Positions 10,628 to 22,955 of a stretch of 64,000 nucleotides of DNA are shown here, one piece after another. The position numbers were made by a program, and so were the translations under genes. The DNA is from Azolla caroliniana (taxonomy: Eukaryota > Plantae > Polypodiophyta). Under the pieces are notes generated by a model. It made no database searches. It was given only the letters and a program-made list of their open reading frames with translations, and was not told the DNA's origin. Positions within the stretch are counted from its first letter, which is position 1, and every line of letters starts with the position of its first letter. The stretch spans positions 10,354,001-10,418,000 of the forward strand of contig JBHGNT010000017.1 in assembly GCA_043228905.1 (NCBI GenBank). The letters run 5' to 3'.

Positions 10628-13567
10628 CATCTCACCCTCACATAGTGATTGGGTATCATAACCACACATGGTCAAAAAGGATGATGGCACATACCGATTT
10701 TCTGTGGACTTTCGCAAGCTCAATCAAGTGACCATCCATGACCTTTACCCTCTGTCGTGAATAGATGACCTCTTGGACCAGTTGGGATGCTCAAAGTACT
10801 TCATCTCTATCGATCTTGTGGCCGTATTGGCAGATTCCAATGGACCCAAGAGATGCACATAAGACAACTTTCAGAACACGCATAGGCCTATTCCAGTTCA
10901 ACAAGATGCCATTTGACTTGTCTGATGCAGGCATCACCTTTCAACGAATGGCAAATTCAATCTTCGCTGACCTGATCGCTGATGGTATGGTGCTTGTCTA
11001 CCTAGATGACATTCTAATTCATATTTCCACATGGCCACAACATCTTCAGGTATTACAATCAGTTCTACAACGAATACAACAACACAATTTGAAATTACAG
11101 TGGAAAAAATGCAGATGGGGTAGCGCACAACTAAAGTTTTTGAACTACATAATTTCTGCCGAAGGCCTCCAGATGGACCCAAAGAAGACCGAGGCCGTGA
11201 CTAATTTTCCTCGACCAACCACAATCAAGTCCTTGCAGCGTTTCTTAGGCATGTCGACTTTTTCACTCCGATTCATTCCAAATATGGCCACCATGACAAC
11301 ACCCCTATGACACCTATTGTGAAAAGGCTCCAAGTTTGAGTGGACAACAGAATGTGAAAACAACTTCATCCAATTAAAAAATACATTACACCACGCAGGT
11401 CAGTTGGCTCACCCAGATTTCTCACGCCCCTTTCTTTTGCAGACAGACACATCCAATCATGGATTGGGAGCCGTCCTACAAGAAACGGATGCGACAGGAG
11501 TGGAGCGCCCAATCGCCTATATAAGTCGATCCCTTACCCCTGCAGAAAAGAATTACTCCACAACAGAAAAGGAATGGTTAGCAATCGTATGGGCTTTCAC
11601 AAAGTTCCATCCCTATTTACACGGCACCCACGTCAACGTCGAAACAAACCACCAACCCCTAGTCCATCTAATTAACAAGCCCCACTCACTAGGTCACCTA
11701 TTAAGATGGGCAATGGCTTTACAGGAGTATCGGTACACATTAACTTATAAAAAAGGAGTCCAAAATGTGATCGCCAATGGGTTGTCAAGAGTAGAAACAC
11801 AATGTGGTCAATTCAACCCTACAGTAGTCCAATTACCCACAACGATGGCCCAGATAGCAGCCCTACAACAAGCCGACAAACAAATATGACAAATCACCCA
11901 CGACATCCAATTGACCACAAGCAACAAGGTACACAACCATTTCCAATTGCAAAATAATGTCGTATACTTTATACAAACAGGAAAAGAGCCACGAATCTAC
12001 ATACCACAAAGCTTGAGGAATTTATATATGTAATTTTTTCACGATCACCCGATGTTTGGCCACCTCGGATTCCACAAGGTGCTGGACAAGATCCGTCTCC
12101 GATATTATTGGCCACAAATGCGTACAACAATCGCAATCTACATCAAACAATGTCACTCATGTCAACAAATTAAGCCACCCCATTCCAATGATGGCTTACT
12201 CCAGCCTATTACTGTTTCTAAACCCTTTGAATTAATAGGATGGGATATCATCGACCCTTTTCCCGAATCCTAGGCAGGAAACAGGTATATCTTAGTCATA
12301 TCGGAATACTTGACGCGATGGACCGAAACCGTCGCACTTCTGGATGCACGAGCTGTCACCATAGCAACAAAGTTGATGGAGCGGATCATTTTCCCACATG
12401 GCTGCCCAACTCGCATCTTGTCAGATCAAGGCCCACAATTTAGGAGAGGTATTGCAAGCATTAGCCACACAATTAGGCATTCAACAAATTTTTACCTCCC
12501 CAAACAAATGGATTGACAGAACGGATGAACAAGACGATTAAACAACAACTTACCGCATTCATCGATCCACTACACACAACGTGGGACTTGATCCTACCAT
12601 TCATCACACATGCGTATAATACTTCGGTGCAGGCCTCGACTTGAATCAATCCTTTTCGAGCACTATATGGAAGAGGCCCTCGTTTACCCCCCAACATCAA
12701 GGTGGATCTGCCCAAAAAACATACTCGAACTAATGCAATGGATTGGTGGTTGCACTTGCAGCAGGTCCAACCTATCTTACGGACGAGCATACACAAGAAT
12801 CTGCAATTGGCTCAGGCATGAGAAAACGGTGCTATGATAAGCGCCGTCAGGCGGTAGAATATGCAATCGGCACAAAGGTCCTAGTCTATTTTCCAATCCG
12901 GCGACAAGGACTTAGTGAATCAATGATGCATCGATGGATTGGCCCTTTTACGGTCATCCATTCATGAGGGCCAACACCTATTCTCTCCGTCGAGATGCTA
13001 ATGGACGGATTACCTATGCGCACGTGATCCGGATGAAGCCATATCTACTCCCATCCACAACTAAATCAGCCCATGAGGAGGAAACTCACCATGATGACCC
13101 CTGTGAAGAGGACTCCGGAAACCCTTCAGTCGCAGCCAGCCAACAAGATGACGCAGAGCCGCCATCACACACGAGCAAGCAAGACGACGTAGAGCCGCCA
13201 TCGCACATGAGCAAGTGCGACACATTCTACCATAGCAATGCGACGGCGGTAGCTCCCACAATAAAGGAACAAAGACTGCATCAGACACAGTCAACAAGCT
13301 CTAATTTTTTCGAAGGGGGGAGCTGTGGGGTCACGTGGTAAAACCACAGGATAAAACCCCTCACCTAACCCAAGTAGCTATAACCAGCGTTAGGGGGTTA
13401 GACCTTGGGTTAGTTAGTTAGGCTATAGTTAGTAAAGGCTTAGTTAGAAGTAAGTAAATAGACGTGTGCCAAGATAACCGAATGGATCTTGGAATGTATT
13501 ACCATGCTATATAAATACATTCAGATGAAATGGAAAATGAGGAGAGTTTAGAGGCATTTCACAATAT

Positions 13568-14050
13568 TAATTGGTGTTTTAGGAAATATATCCAATTTCC
13601 CAAATATTTCACACACCCCATTCCATTGTGCTCCTCATCCTTATATAGTGATGAGAGAGTCTTCACAATCCATGCTTTTTCTCTAACTATAGACTATATG
13701 CTTTATCTAACATGCTTTTTCTAACTTTAGTTTTCATGCACACTACATGTGCATGATTAGCTTTCTATCCCATCTTTTCTTTTAACTCGAGTGTGTATGC
13801 ATGAGTAACTTTTTGTACCATGCATATCTAGAATATTTACATGGGATAAAGTTTAGTATAACTTTAAAATTCATAATATGCTAGTATAGTGGTAAGGCTT
13901 AACATTATTAACATGGAGGTACAGGGTTTGAATCCTGCCCTATGTATGTAATATGTATTTTTTTTTAATATTCTCTCCTATTTACAAATATGTCTCTTCA
14001 TCCGGTTCCATCCGGTTATCTTTACCGGGTCCTCCTTACCGGTTCCTCCT
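13568..14050. repeat. Old LTR-like remnant with a tRNA-like A/B-box module
   Basis: Same order of CATG-rich tract, A box/B box, AT tract and ccgg repeats as the family C LTR read on its minus strand. No termini found. Confidence 0.45.
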
Positions 14051-14488
14051 TGTCCCATCCGTAGGAACCAAACTGCAATTTTCCATGTAGTGTACGAAAT
14101 ACACTACGACACCGTATAGGTGTGATCACTTATGGTGGGGTGGATTCCCCATATCTGAACCAAACGATCATTCACAAAGTTGTGTGAGCTTCCTGAATCA
14201 AACAAAAATTGTACGTGAGATCCATTGATATACCCGTTTGCACGTAGTAAATCATTGGGACCCAATACATAGTGAGGGAAAGAACATTGACAATTAGTTA
14301 AATGATGTGTATAGACTTGAAGGACACTAGGAATCAGACCTTTATGGTCTGCAACTTTAGCTTTGTTGTCGTGCTCTTTCCGTTGGAGCTTTCGACATTG
14401 CTCTTTTGTATGACCCTTCTTTTTGGAGAATACGCAAAAAGGATGTTGTCGCTTACAATCGTGATCCATGAATTCGTTGGGTGTCTTG
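14050..14488 (-). pseudogene. Gag knuckle and protease of an old minus-strand Ty3/gypsy (continues from 40047)
   Basis: CVFSKKKGHTKEQC, FLFDSGSSHNFV; joins 40047-40840 in frame (AGKHK-TPNEFMDH) once the 14489-40046 insert is removed. Confidence 0.85.
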
Positions 14489-14977
14489 TATTGGCCGGCA
14501 AAGACTTGAAAGCCGGATAAAGTTCAGAATGGGAAATGGATAATTAATCTATAATTATTATTATTTTGAGAAGTGAACGGATGGACCCGGAATTGGTATG
14601 CTGATCTGTATCCGGACTGGTTCGTAGCTAGTTGCCGGTTGGCACCGGTTTGTACCCAGAGCCGATGACCCATAAAAGGACCCGGTCTGTTTGTAATGAA
14701 ATAACGGTTTATTAATGAAAGTGACGTTCTGCTACATCTTGTTAATCTTTAAAGATCTTAGTTAATTACTATTCTGTGCTTAATATAACGTATCTTACGC
14801 GTGTATTATGATCAATAACCAAACCGGTTAACATCCGGTTAGGAATACGTTTGCATTACGGTCTACGCCTACCCCACTTGCACCACCCTTTGGTGAAGTG
14901 TCCTAGAGGAACACCCTGTGTTAGGGCTAGTACGGCCCCAAAGGAGTAACACAGTTTTTGTCCTGCTCAAGCACAAT

Positions 14978-17900
14978 GAACAACGGGGGCATGGATGACT
15001 AGACCAACAAATGACCTAGCAACAGAGCGCGTGAGACGACTCGCCGAAAGACTACGGAAGCGTGAAGCGTACCACTAGGTGGTGGAAGAAATCCGCGCGG
15101 ATCGATCCTTTTCCAAGGTGATCCGACGAGTGACCGCGGAGTCACTCCGTTTGCAGTAAAATTCCCATCCAGATGAAGGAAGCAGTTTACGTAGTCTAAA
15201 GGAAGCGGAATCCATCTTGTAGGCATTAGCAGCGGGAGAAGGCGATTTGGAACCATTTTCGGCGTTCGAATTAGATTCGGACAATGAGTACAATGCACAT
15301 TCGAATTACCGCAGCAGTCATGACACCCCGGACGGACCGGAGGACGAGGAATTGGATAATATACCGACACCGGAACCAACGATAACAGAATTGGAAGCTT
15401 CAGGAAGGCATGAGGCGGATCAACCTTAGACACCACCACGAGAGCGTCCGATGGAGGATGAGGGAAGACCTTCGCCACCGAAAAAAGAGGAGGAAAGACC
15501 TCCAATACCACCTCCAATAGAAGAGGAGGAGAGACCTCTCTCACCACCAGCTCGAATTCTGACACCGGACGACGATATGTCGTTCCAAAATCCCAAGTAC
15601 CGGGATGATCCTGATGCTGAAGGCCATGTGTATGCATTTCTACAAACATGGGAAGCAAACCATGTGTCGCAACGTTTAACCACTGCGGAAGTAGAACGCT
15701 CGAAGATTGCAGAGTTCAGCATGACTTTGGAAGGACTAGCCGCGCGATGGCGCTTGACGCACCTTCCCGGCACCATCACTACGTTTGAGGACATGAAAAC
15801 CAGATTTTTACAATTCTTCAATAAGGAGGTGGATCAACGGGAGATGGTTGGCATATTCTACACCATACGGCAGGAACCTACAAAAACCATTCAACAATTC
15901 GTAATTCAGTTACAGTGAATCACAACCAACTAAATCGGGCACCACCGAAAGCAAAGGCTAAAGCAATATTCCTAGCAGCACTCCGGGAACCCCTACGTAC
16001 GGTGTGCGCAGTCATTGATTTCCACACCAACACGATTGTCCAGGTCATAGACCGGGTCAGGGAGATGGAGAAAACAAGCTCGTGGCTAACAATGGGGGCA
16101 CTCCAGCGTGCCTTTCTGATAGACGAAGACCTACATTTTCGGCAAGCCATACAATGTACGACTTGTCTCAATGCCGGGCATTCTGCAATAGAATGTACCA
16201 TGTGGTCCCAGCGCATGTTATGTCACTCCAAGTCGCGCACAATGGACTGATGCGAATATAGTTTACTGAACCGGAAATCGGCACCAGTAAGACAAATCGA
16301 TACTCGCAGTGACCGGGAAGAGGAAGAAGAACGTTGGCATCAAGACGAGCGTTACCGGACAATATAGGATATCCGATACACCGACAAAGGGACACTTATG
16401 ACTGGGACCGGTACAACAAGTATCGGGATTATAATGGTGATCGTTCTGATCGCGATCACTCTTCAAATTACAACCGGAGGAGAGAAGATCAGTGTGGGAT
16501 TTCGAAGATCGCCGCTGATAGGGATACAAGAACCACCGACGCTTCAATAGGAAACGAAACAACCGAAAGGAGGAGCGTCGGGAACCGGCAAAGGAATACC
16601 CACGAGAGCCGGAGAGAGGCTTGAGTGGCACCTAGCTAGAACAAAGACGAACGAAAGAGCCTAATAGACCAACAATAGGATTTCAACCAAGTACTGGGCC
16701 ACAGGCAGAATCAACCTCCGTACTTGTGATACCCTAGGAATCCAGGAGTGGGAGCCTTGCCCGTTTTGGCTCTGGGTGGCAGATACGAGTTCGGTAAGAC
16801 CCACCGGTTTAATACGGGATATGGAGGTAACAATTGCGGGACATGCATTCCGCATTTTTGCGGTGGTTCTCCAGTTAAACACCCAAGGGGCTTACCCACT
16901 ATTGCTTGGACGACCTTGGTTGTGGACGGTGCACATTAACCAAAACTGGAGAAAGAACGTGATTACGTTCCGTCGAGGCAAAACCAAGGTACGGGAACCG
17001 GCAAAGAGCTAACACCATTATATGCTGAGAGTGTTAATATGTTGGAAGGGCTCGCCGACGAGGAAGTCGATCGGTATCTTGAGGATAATCCAAAACTCGT
17101 ACCTTTGTTTGAAATAGATGTGGCCGAAGCAGTCTCTCTGTATATTGCACAACTGGAAGATGCCGGAGAGGAACCGGATAGAGATGTCGTCAGAGAACTA
17201 CGTCAAGCCTAGGAGGCCCTAAAATCGGAAATGGTGGTGTTTCAAAGGGTAAAGGCGTCCCAGCTAGAGGAAGTAAACTTGGGAACTGGAGAGGAAGCAC
17301 GAGCTCCAGTAAATATTGCCAAAGAAATGTCACCGGAAAACAAAGCGGCAATGATTACATTATTGAAAGAGTTTTGGGATGTATTTGCCTGGTCCTATGA
17401 GGATATGTGAGGGGTGGATCCGTAGCTGTATCAACACCAAATACATCTAAGCAAAGACGCCAAACTAGTGGCACAAAGGCGCTACCGAATGAGTAGGATA
17501 AAAGAAGAGATCAACAAGCTACTCAGAGTCGGTTTTATCCGGCCAGTGAAGAAAGCCACATGGTTAAGTCCGATAGTAGTCATGCCGAAGAAGAACGGGA
17601 AGATCCAAGTGTGCATCGATTACTAGAAACTGAATGCCGCGACGGTGACCGATGGCTTTCCACTTCCATTCATAGATGGAGTTCTAGATGCGGTAGCCGG
17701 TCATGATGTATATAGCTTCCTAGACGGATTTAGCGGTTACAATCAAATATGGATGCACCCCGATGATCAGGAAAAGACGGCGTTTGTTACCGAGTGGGGA
17801 GTTTTTGTTGCCGTAGTGATGATGTTTGGACTCAAGACGGCGTCGGCTACCTTTTAGCGGATAATCATGGAAATATTTGGAGAGTTCATCCCGTCATTTA

Positions 17901-18805
17901 TGCAGGTGTTCCTTGACGACTTCGGGGTGTATAGCCGGGAAGGGGAGCACCTGGACCATGTCCGGTTATGCCTAGAAAAATGCAGGGGGTACCGGCTAAG
18001 CTTGAACCCGGAAAAGTGTGTGTTCAGGGTGGCCAGTGCTATGCTATTGGGCCATATTGTCAGCAAAGACGGGATAGCAGTAGACCCGGACAAAGTCAAG
18101 GCAATTCTAGAGGCACCGGCACCAACGACGGCCAAAGCATTAAGCAGATTCTTAGGACAAATCCGGTGGCATAGCCGGATGCTTCGGTATGCAGCTGACC
18201 GAACCCAAGTGGTACCGCCCGGTATAATATGCGAGCCAGAAACTGTCACAAGCGGAACAGAATTACTCCACAACGGAAAGAGAGGCATTGGGGATGATTT
18301 ATAGTGTCACGAAGTTCCAACACTATTTGTTGGGCCGAAAATTTTCATTCCACGTAGACCACTCTACACTGTTATACTTGGTCTCTAAGGCATCCCTCAC
18401 AGGTAAGCTGGCCCAATGGACATTGCTACTACAGGAATTCGAGTTCGAAATTTATCACCGCCCGGGTATACAACATGCGGTGGCCGACTATTTGAGCCAT
18501 TTAGAAACCGGCGAGACCGGTGACGGCATACCAGATGAGTTTCTGGACGCTGAACTGTTTAAAATCACGGCAGAAACCACGGTGGATAAGACAGTTCTGG
18601 ACGAGGAAAAATGGCTAACAAACATGCATCAGTTCTTAAGCATGGGAGTACCCCTGAAAGAGATGAACAAAGACGAGCGGAAACGATTGGCGGTCCAAAG
18701 CCGACATTTTTGTTTATTACAGGACACCTTATACCACAAGGGAGCCGATGGAATATGGCGGAGAGCAATGCAGAGCGATGAAAAGGACACCATATTACGG
18801 GAAAG
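14978..18805 (+). pseudogene. gag-pol: gag-pol pseudogene of element D; protease N-half, RT-RH linker and integrase deleted
   Basis: Retrotransposon Gag, CTTCLNAGHSAIEC, LLLGRPWL, VFAWSYEDM, FLDGFSGYNQI, MMFGLK, FLDD, NYSTTERE, VDHSTL; stops at ILRE before the integrase HHCC. Confidence 0.9.
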
Positions 18806-19011
18806 AGAGGCACTTTGAAAAGGTGTGGTTGGTGGCTAATTAAAGCCTCTTTAAAAGCCCTCCAGGTGTCAACCGACTGCTATAATAGTACATGACGTGC
18901 ATGCGCGGGAATCAAGAAAAGGCGCCAAGCATGGAGAAACAAAACCTCTGCCTCATAGAATCCCTCTCATTTTGCGAGAACAAAGCACTAACCACACACA
19001 ACCGATTATGA

Positions 19012-19661
19012 GTGATCAGACGAACGCAAGAGAATCACACAAACGTCATAATCCTACCAAGTCCCACAGACTCAGACGGCGAGATGGAACACATGGTACT
19101 CTCGGAAGCGGCCAAGAAATGGTTCAAGCAACACAACTTGGAAGGGTTCCTAAGAATCGTCGAGGCACCTCCACACAGCGACGTGGAGAAAGTCATGCAG
19201 GAGATGATACGGAGGTCATCACAAAAGAGGCCATCCGTGCCATGACCGGCCTGCCAGAGGGCGGATTATTCTCGATCGACAACCCTTCACCGGAGATGCT
19301 CACGAAGTTCTTCGGTGAGTACTCCTTTGCCAGCAAGGCATACTGCACGCAAGGCAGCGAGGACGTTCTATTCCGAGAGGTTGCTCGTGTGTTTCATGAG
19401 TATGGGCATGTACACCCTCGACCCCCAGCTATGCCAAAGAACAGAGCCGGCTTTATTATAGCAACTTATGAGGGGGTACAGATGGATTGGCCGGTGATCA
19501 TCGCTGATAGTCTAGTGCGGCCATAGCTTCAGTAAAGGATGGCAAGAAGATGTGGACGGTGGTGGCGCAATGGCTCACTCTTTTAGCACCGCCGGTAGAG
19601 CCAATGCAGCCGAAGAAGCGGGGTAGACCGACTGAATCAACCCCCAACACCTCGTCAAAAA
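19012..19661 (+). pseudogene. N-terminal part of the extra 3' ORF of element D (unknown function)
   Basis: Sense-strand reading frame after pol, with frameshifts: ..ITKEAIRAMTGLP..YEGVQMDWPVIIADSL..; resembles accessory ORFs of Athila/Tat-type elements (inference). Confidence 0.65.
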
Positions 19662-20159
19662 GAGAAATAGACAACTAAATGTCAAGATATGAGGGTATAA
19701 AGTTTGTGAAAGGAAAAGAGAAAATTGTGATATATCCCACATAGGCACGACAAATATGGCTCTCATCATATATAAGGTAGAGCAAAAGATATTATCTTTG
19801 TGTCTGTGTGTGGAGCATAGAGAGTTCAAGGTAACTTGAACTAAGAGTGGAGGTGGGCTACCAAAACCGGACCGGCGATGGAGCCGGTGATCCGGCACCA
19901 GTGAGACACCGGCATCCGACGGCAATCCGGCGCCGGTGAGACGACGGCATCAGGCGAGGCACCGGTAACCGACGGCATCCGGTGGCGGCACCGGTATCCG
20001 GTAATGGCATCCAGCGCCGGTTAGATGACGACATCATCCGGCGGCGGCACCGGTATCCGGCGAGGCACTGGTAACCGACGACATCCGACGAACTGGCGTC
20101 CGACGACTAGATAAATAAATATATAAATATATATACATATATACATATACAAGGAAGGC

Positions 20160-20226
20160 AAGTAAGGATTTGAACCTTGCACCTCCGAGTTAGGAGTCAA
20201 TTTACTTACCATTAAGCCATGCCATT
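20160..20226 (-). promoter_or_regulatory. tRNA-like Pol III A-box/B-box module in LTR C (second copy 34232-34298)
   Basis: TGGCTTAATGG ... AAGG-TTCAAAT-CCTT, A-to-B spacing 43 nt. No convincing acceptor stem, so not called a tRNA gene. Confidence 0.7.
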
Positions 20227-20697
20227 TAGTTGAATTTATATTTCTATCATTGTAGTTTTACGTGTAAATTCTCATACATGAGAGCTAAAATGAGTGACAT
20301 GGTTATCATGCACCAAATGTAATACATAAGCGCCAAATGGCAAGCATGCATTTTATGCATGTCTTGTACCCTCACATGCATCATATGCATGAGAGCATTT
20401 GTAAAAGAAGGAAGGGGGAGGAGAAAAAACGGGTTTTTTTTTGGTTATGAAATTAAGAAGATGAAATTCGTTATCAAATTGATCATGTAACTTGTTTCTT
20501 AAATCCAAAGATAAAAGTTCAATCAATCTCTCTCAATCATTTAATCTCAACTTCTCTCTTTCACAATCTATCTTAAGTACTTTCTCGCCAAAGCTTGCAC
20601 CAAAGCTTGTACCGACTTTGAATCCTTCCGGTCCAGAACCCCGGCGGTTCCGCCTCACGATCCGCGCGTAGTGACGGATCTTCACGACATAATTAAG

Positions 20698-20714
20698 TGG
20701 TGAACCCGACGTGA
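20698..20714 (+). promoter_or_regulatory. Primer-binding site, tRNA-Trp (also 29561-29577 -, 37584-37600 +, 47159-47175 -, 50502-50518 -)
   Basis: TGGTGAACCCGACGTGA is complementary to the 3' end of plant cytosolic tRNA-Trp (..UCACGUCGGGUUCACCA). Confidence 0.9.
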
Positions 20715-20756
20715 AAGAGGCGGTAGGAAGGATCAAGTCGAGGTTAATACTTGGAG

Positions 20757-22955
20757 ATGGCGTCCTCAAGCAACCAAGCGGGAGAGCTCGAAAGGATGAT
20801 GCTAATCGTCGAGCAAATGATGAGATCTCGGGACAACGACGCGAGCGTGGAGAAGGCTATCGATCGTGTCGTAGAGCTCGAGGGCCAATTCGATGGAAGG
20901 AACGTTACGAAGTTCCTTGATGCATATAGAAGTGAGATGAATCAGAGGGACGTGTCCGAGGCACGTCAAATCGCAAGCTCCAAGAGAGTTGTCGCCAACA
21001 ACATCCAAAGACGCGTCATCGAGCTTCAAGAAGGTAAGACAACATGGTCTGAGTTAAAGAAAACGATACTAGCGGAGTTTGTGACTGAAGACTCAACGAG
21101 GATGACTCGACATGCCCTGATGAAGTGGATAGAGAAGAAGAATAAGAAGATGAGCGTCTCGAGGGTGTACGACGAATTCGACCAGATGTTTAGTCGTCTC
21201 CCCAATACGGACCAAGTGTTGCTTGAAGAGGACAAGACTTTGTACTTCTTGAAGGCCGTGGACATAAAGGATAGACGGGAGTTGGGGACTCTTCTCGAAG
21301 ATGATACCCAAGCAAATGGGCTTGTAGCGAACTGGATCGCGGTGAAGCGGGCATGCAATAGGCTCGACAAGCGTCGCCAATGGGTTGATGACACCGACTT
21401 GACGGGATCGACTACCACGGAGAAAGCAAGACCGCCGAAAGTAGCTGAGCCACCAAGACAAAGTAACGTGGAAGAAAAGAAGATTGATGAAGACATCATT
21501 GAAGAGCTAGCGAAGAAGTTCGAGAAGGTCACGCTAGCCAACATGAATCGTCGGGGCCCTAAAGGAAAAGAACCCTTTAGATGCGTGTGGTGCGATAGCA
21601 TGGACCACATGAGAAGGGATTGTGCGAGCCTTCGAGAGGCGATTCGACAAAATATCGTATACATAGAGGACAACATGATCTGCTCAAGCGAGACTAGAAG
21701 ATCCCTATGGGTGAATTTCGGAAGAGGAGGAATGAAGAAATCTATGGAGGATGCCGATGCGACTCATGTGGATGCGATGCACTATGCTGCGTCAGCCGGA
21801 ATAAGAGTCGGGAAAGACAAGACTGAAGCTGCTAGAGCGGGAGCAAAGTTTTGGACTTCCGTTCTCGAATATGAGAAGAAGGGAAAAGTCACATCGAACG
21901 GGGTAGAGCTTGCGGACCGAAGCGTGCAAAGCATAACCGGGTGGCCGGATCTAGTGGATGACAACACCATACTCCCAGAGGTGATGTGCAACAACCACGA
22001 GGTGTTCGTCGAAGAAAAGAGAAAGAGAATAGAAGAGCAAGGCCCATAAAAAAGACATGAAACAAGGAACGCGAAAAAGAAGGACGATGCGGAGACGAAT
22101 CGACCTTTACAAACGGAGGAACGAGAATCAAGCCGAAAAGGGGAGCCGAGCATACGAGTTGAAGAAACGGTTCGTCCCGTGAAGGTTGGTGTCGAAGACC
22201 CCACTTGGAGGACAAGGACTATACCTACCTATAAGCTAAGGTCGGACATAGAGCAGACGACGGACCTAAAGAAGATTCTCGAAGAACGAGTTCTTGATAG
22301 CCACGTAACTTTGTCCTTGAGGGAATTGCTTGGCATTACGAAGAAGGAGTTCCATGACACGATCGTGGACCTTGTAAAGAGAAAGAGACAACAATCGGAC
22401 GAGGAAGAAGAGAAGCCGCAAAAAACAAAAACGAATGCCATAACAATGGCAAGAGACGAAGTCGATGAAGATATGGTGGACAGCCACTATACTCGACCTC
22501 ATTGGGCACGAGCGACAACGGAGACGCCAGTGAAGATCGGGGAGAAGAAAGAGACCGTCGTAGCCTTGATCGACCACGTCTCGGAGATCAACCTCATGTC
22601 AACCGACTTCTACAAAAAAGGAAGATGGCCAATCAATACAAACCACGGATGGAAGATTCGTGCGACAACAAAGTCTACGGAGGACTTGTACGGAGCTTGT
22701 CCCAATATCAAAGTCACAATCGGGGATGTGGAGATGGATCAACACTTCTTCGTACAAGAATTGGCGTCGCATCCTGTCATCCTAGGGCAACCTTATATCA
22801 CATCATCTCGGATGGAGACCAAAGTGTTCAATAATGGAGCAGCCTTCGCACGAATAAAGAGTCTTGACAACCAAAGATCGGTCCAATTCCTAACGGTGCG
22901 AGCCAATCATGAAAGGAATCGAGATAGTCTCGGAGGCGAATCCTCAGATTTTTAG
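20757..22955 (+). pseudogene. gag: Gag-protease ORF of element E (broken once near 22049)
   Basis: FDGRNVTKFL, CVWCDSMDHMRRDC, ALIDHVSEINLM, VILGQPY; ends GGESSDF-stop. Confidence 0.88.

Larger units (their letters stand above)
7579..13050 (+). pseudogene. gag-pol: Gypsy gag-pol pseudogene of element 3 (Gag, PR, RT, RH, IN), interrupted at 8913-9661 and 9860-10627
   Basis: PKSFSG..WLDHFE, CxxCxxxGHxxxxC near 8293, LFDFGSS, LGCDW, VDFRKLN, YLDD, QTDTSNHGLGAVL, NYSTTEKE, GHLG..YYWP, SDQGPQF, WIGPF. Confidence 0.9.
7028..13563 (+). mobile_element. Ty3/gypsy element 3, non-chromovirus, tRNA-Ala PBS, full length but decayed, with two nested solo LTRs
   Basis: Near-identical 240-bp LTRs 7028-7267 and 13324-13563, PBS TGGTGGAGA at 7273, PPT gaaggggggag 13312-13322, 4-bp TSD atat on both sides. 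Confidence 0.93.

Noticed and set aside
14952-14975. PBS of element D
   Set aside because: The sequence after the LTR (cagtttttgtcctgctc) lacks TGG and I cannot assign a tRNA.
20160-20226. Functional tRNA genes at the A/B-box modules
   Set aside because: No convincing acceptor stem or canonical anticodon arm, and B boxes are CpG-decayed; kept only as tRNA-like modules.
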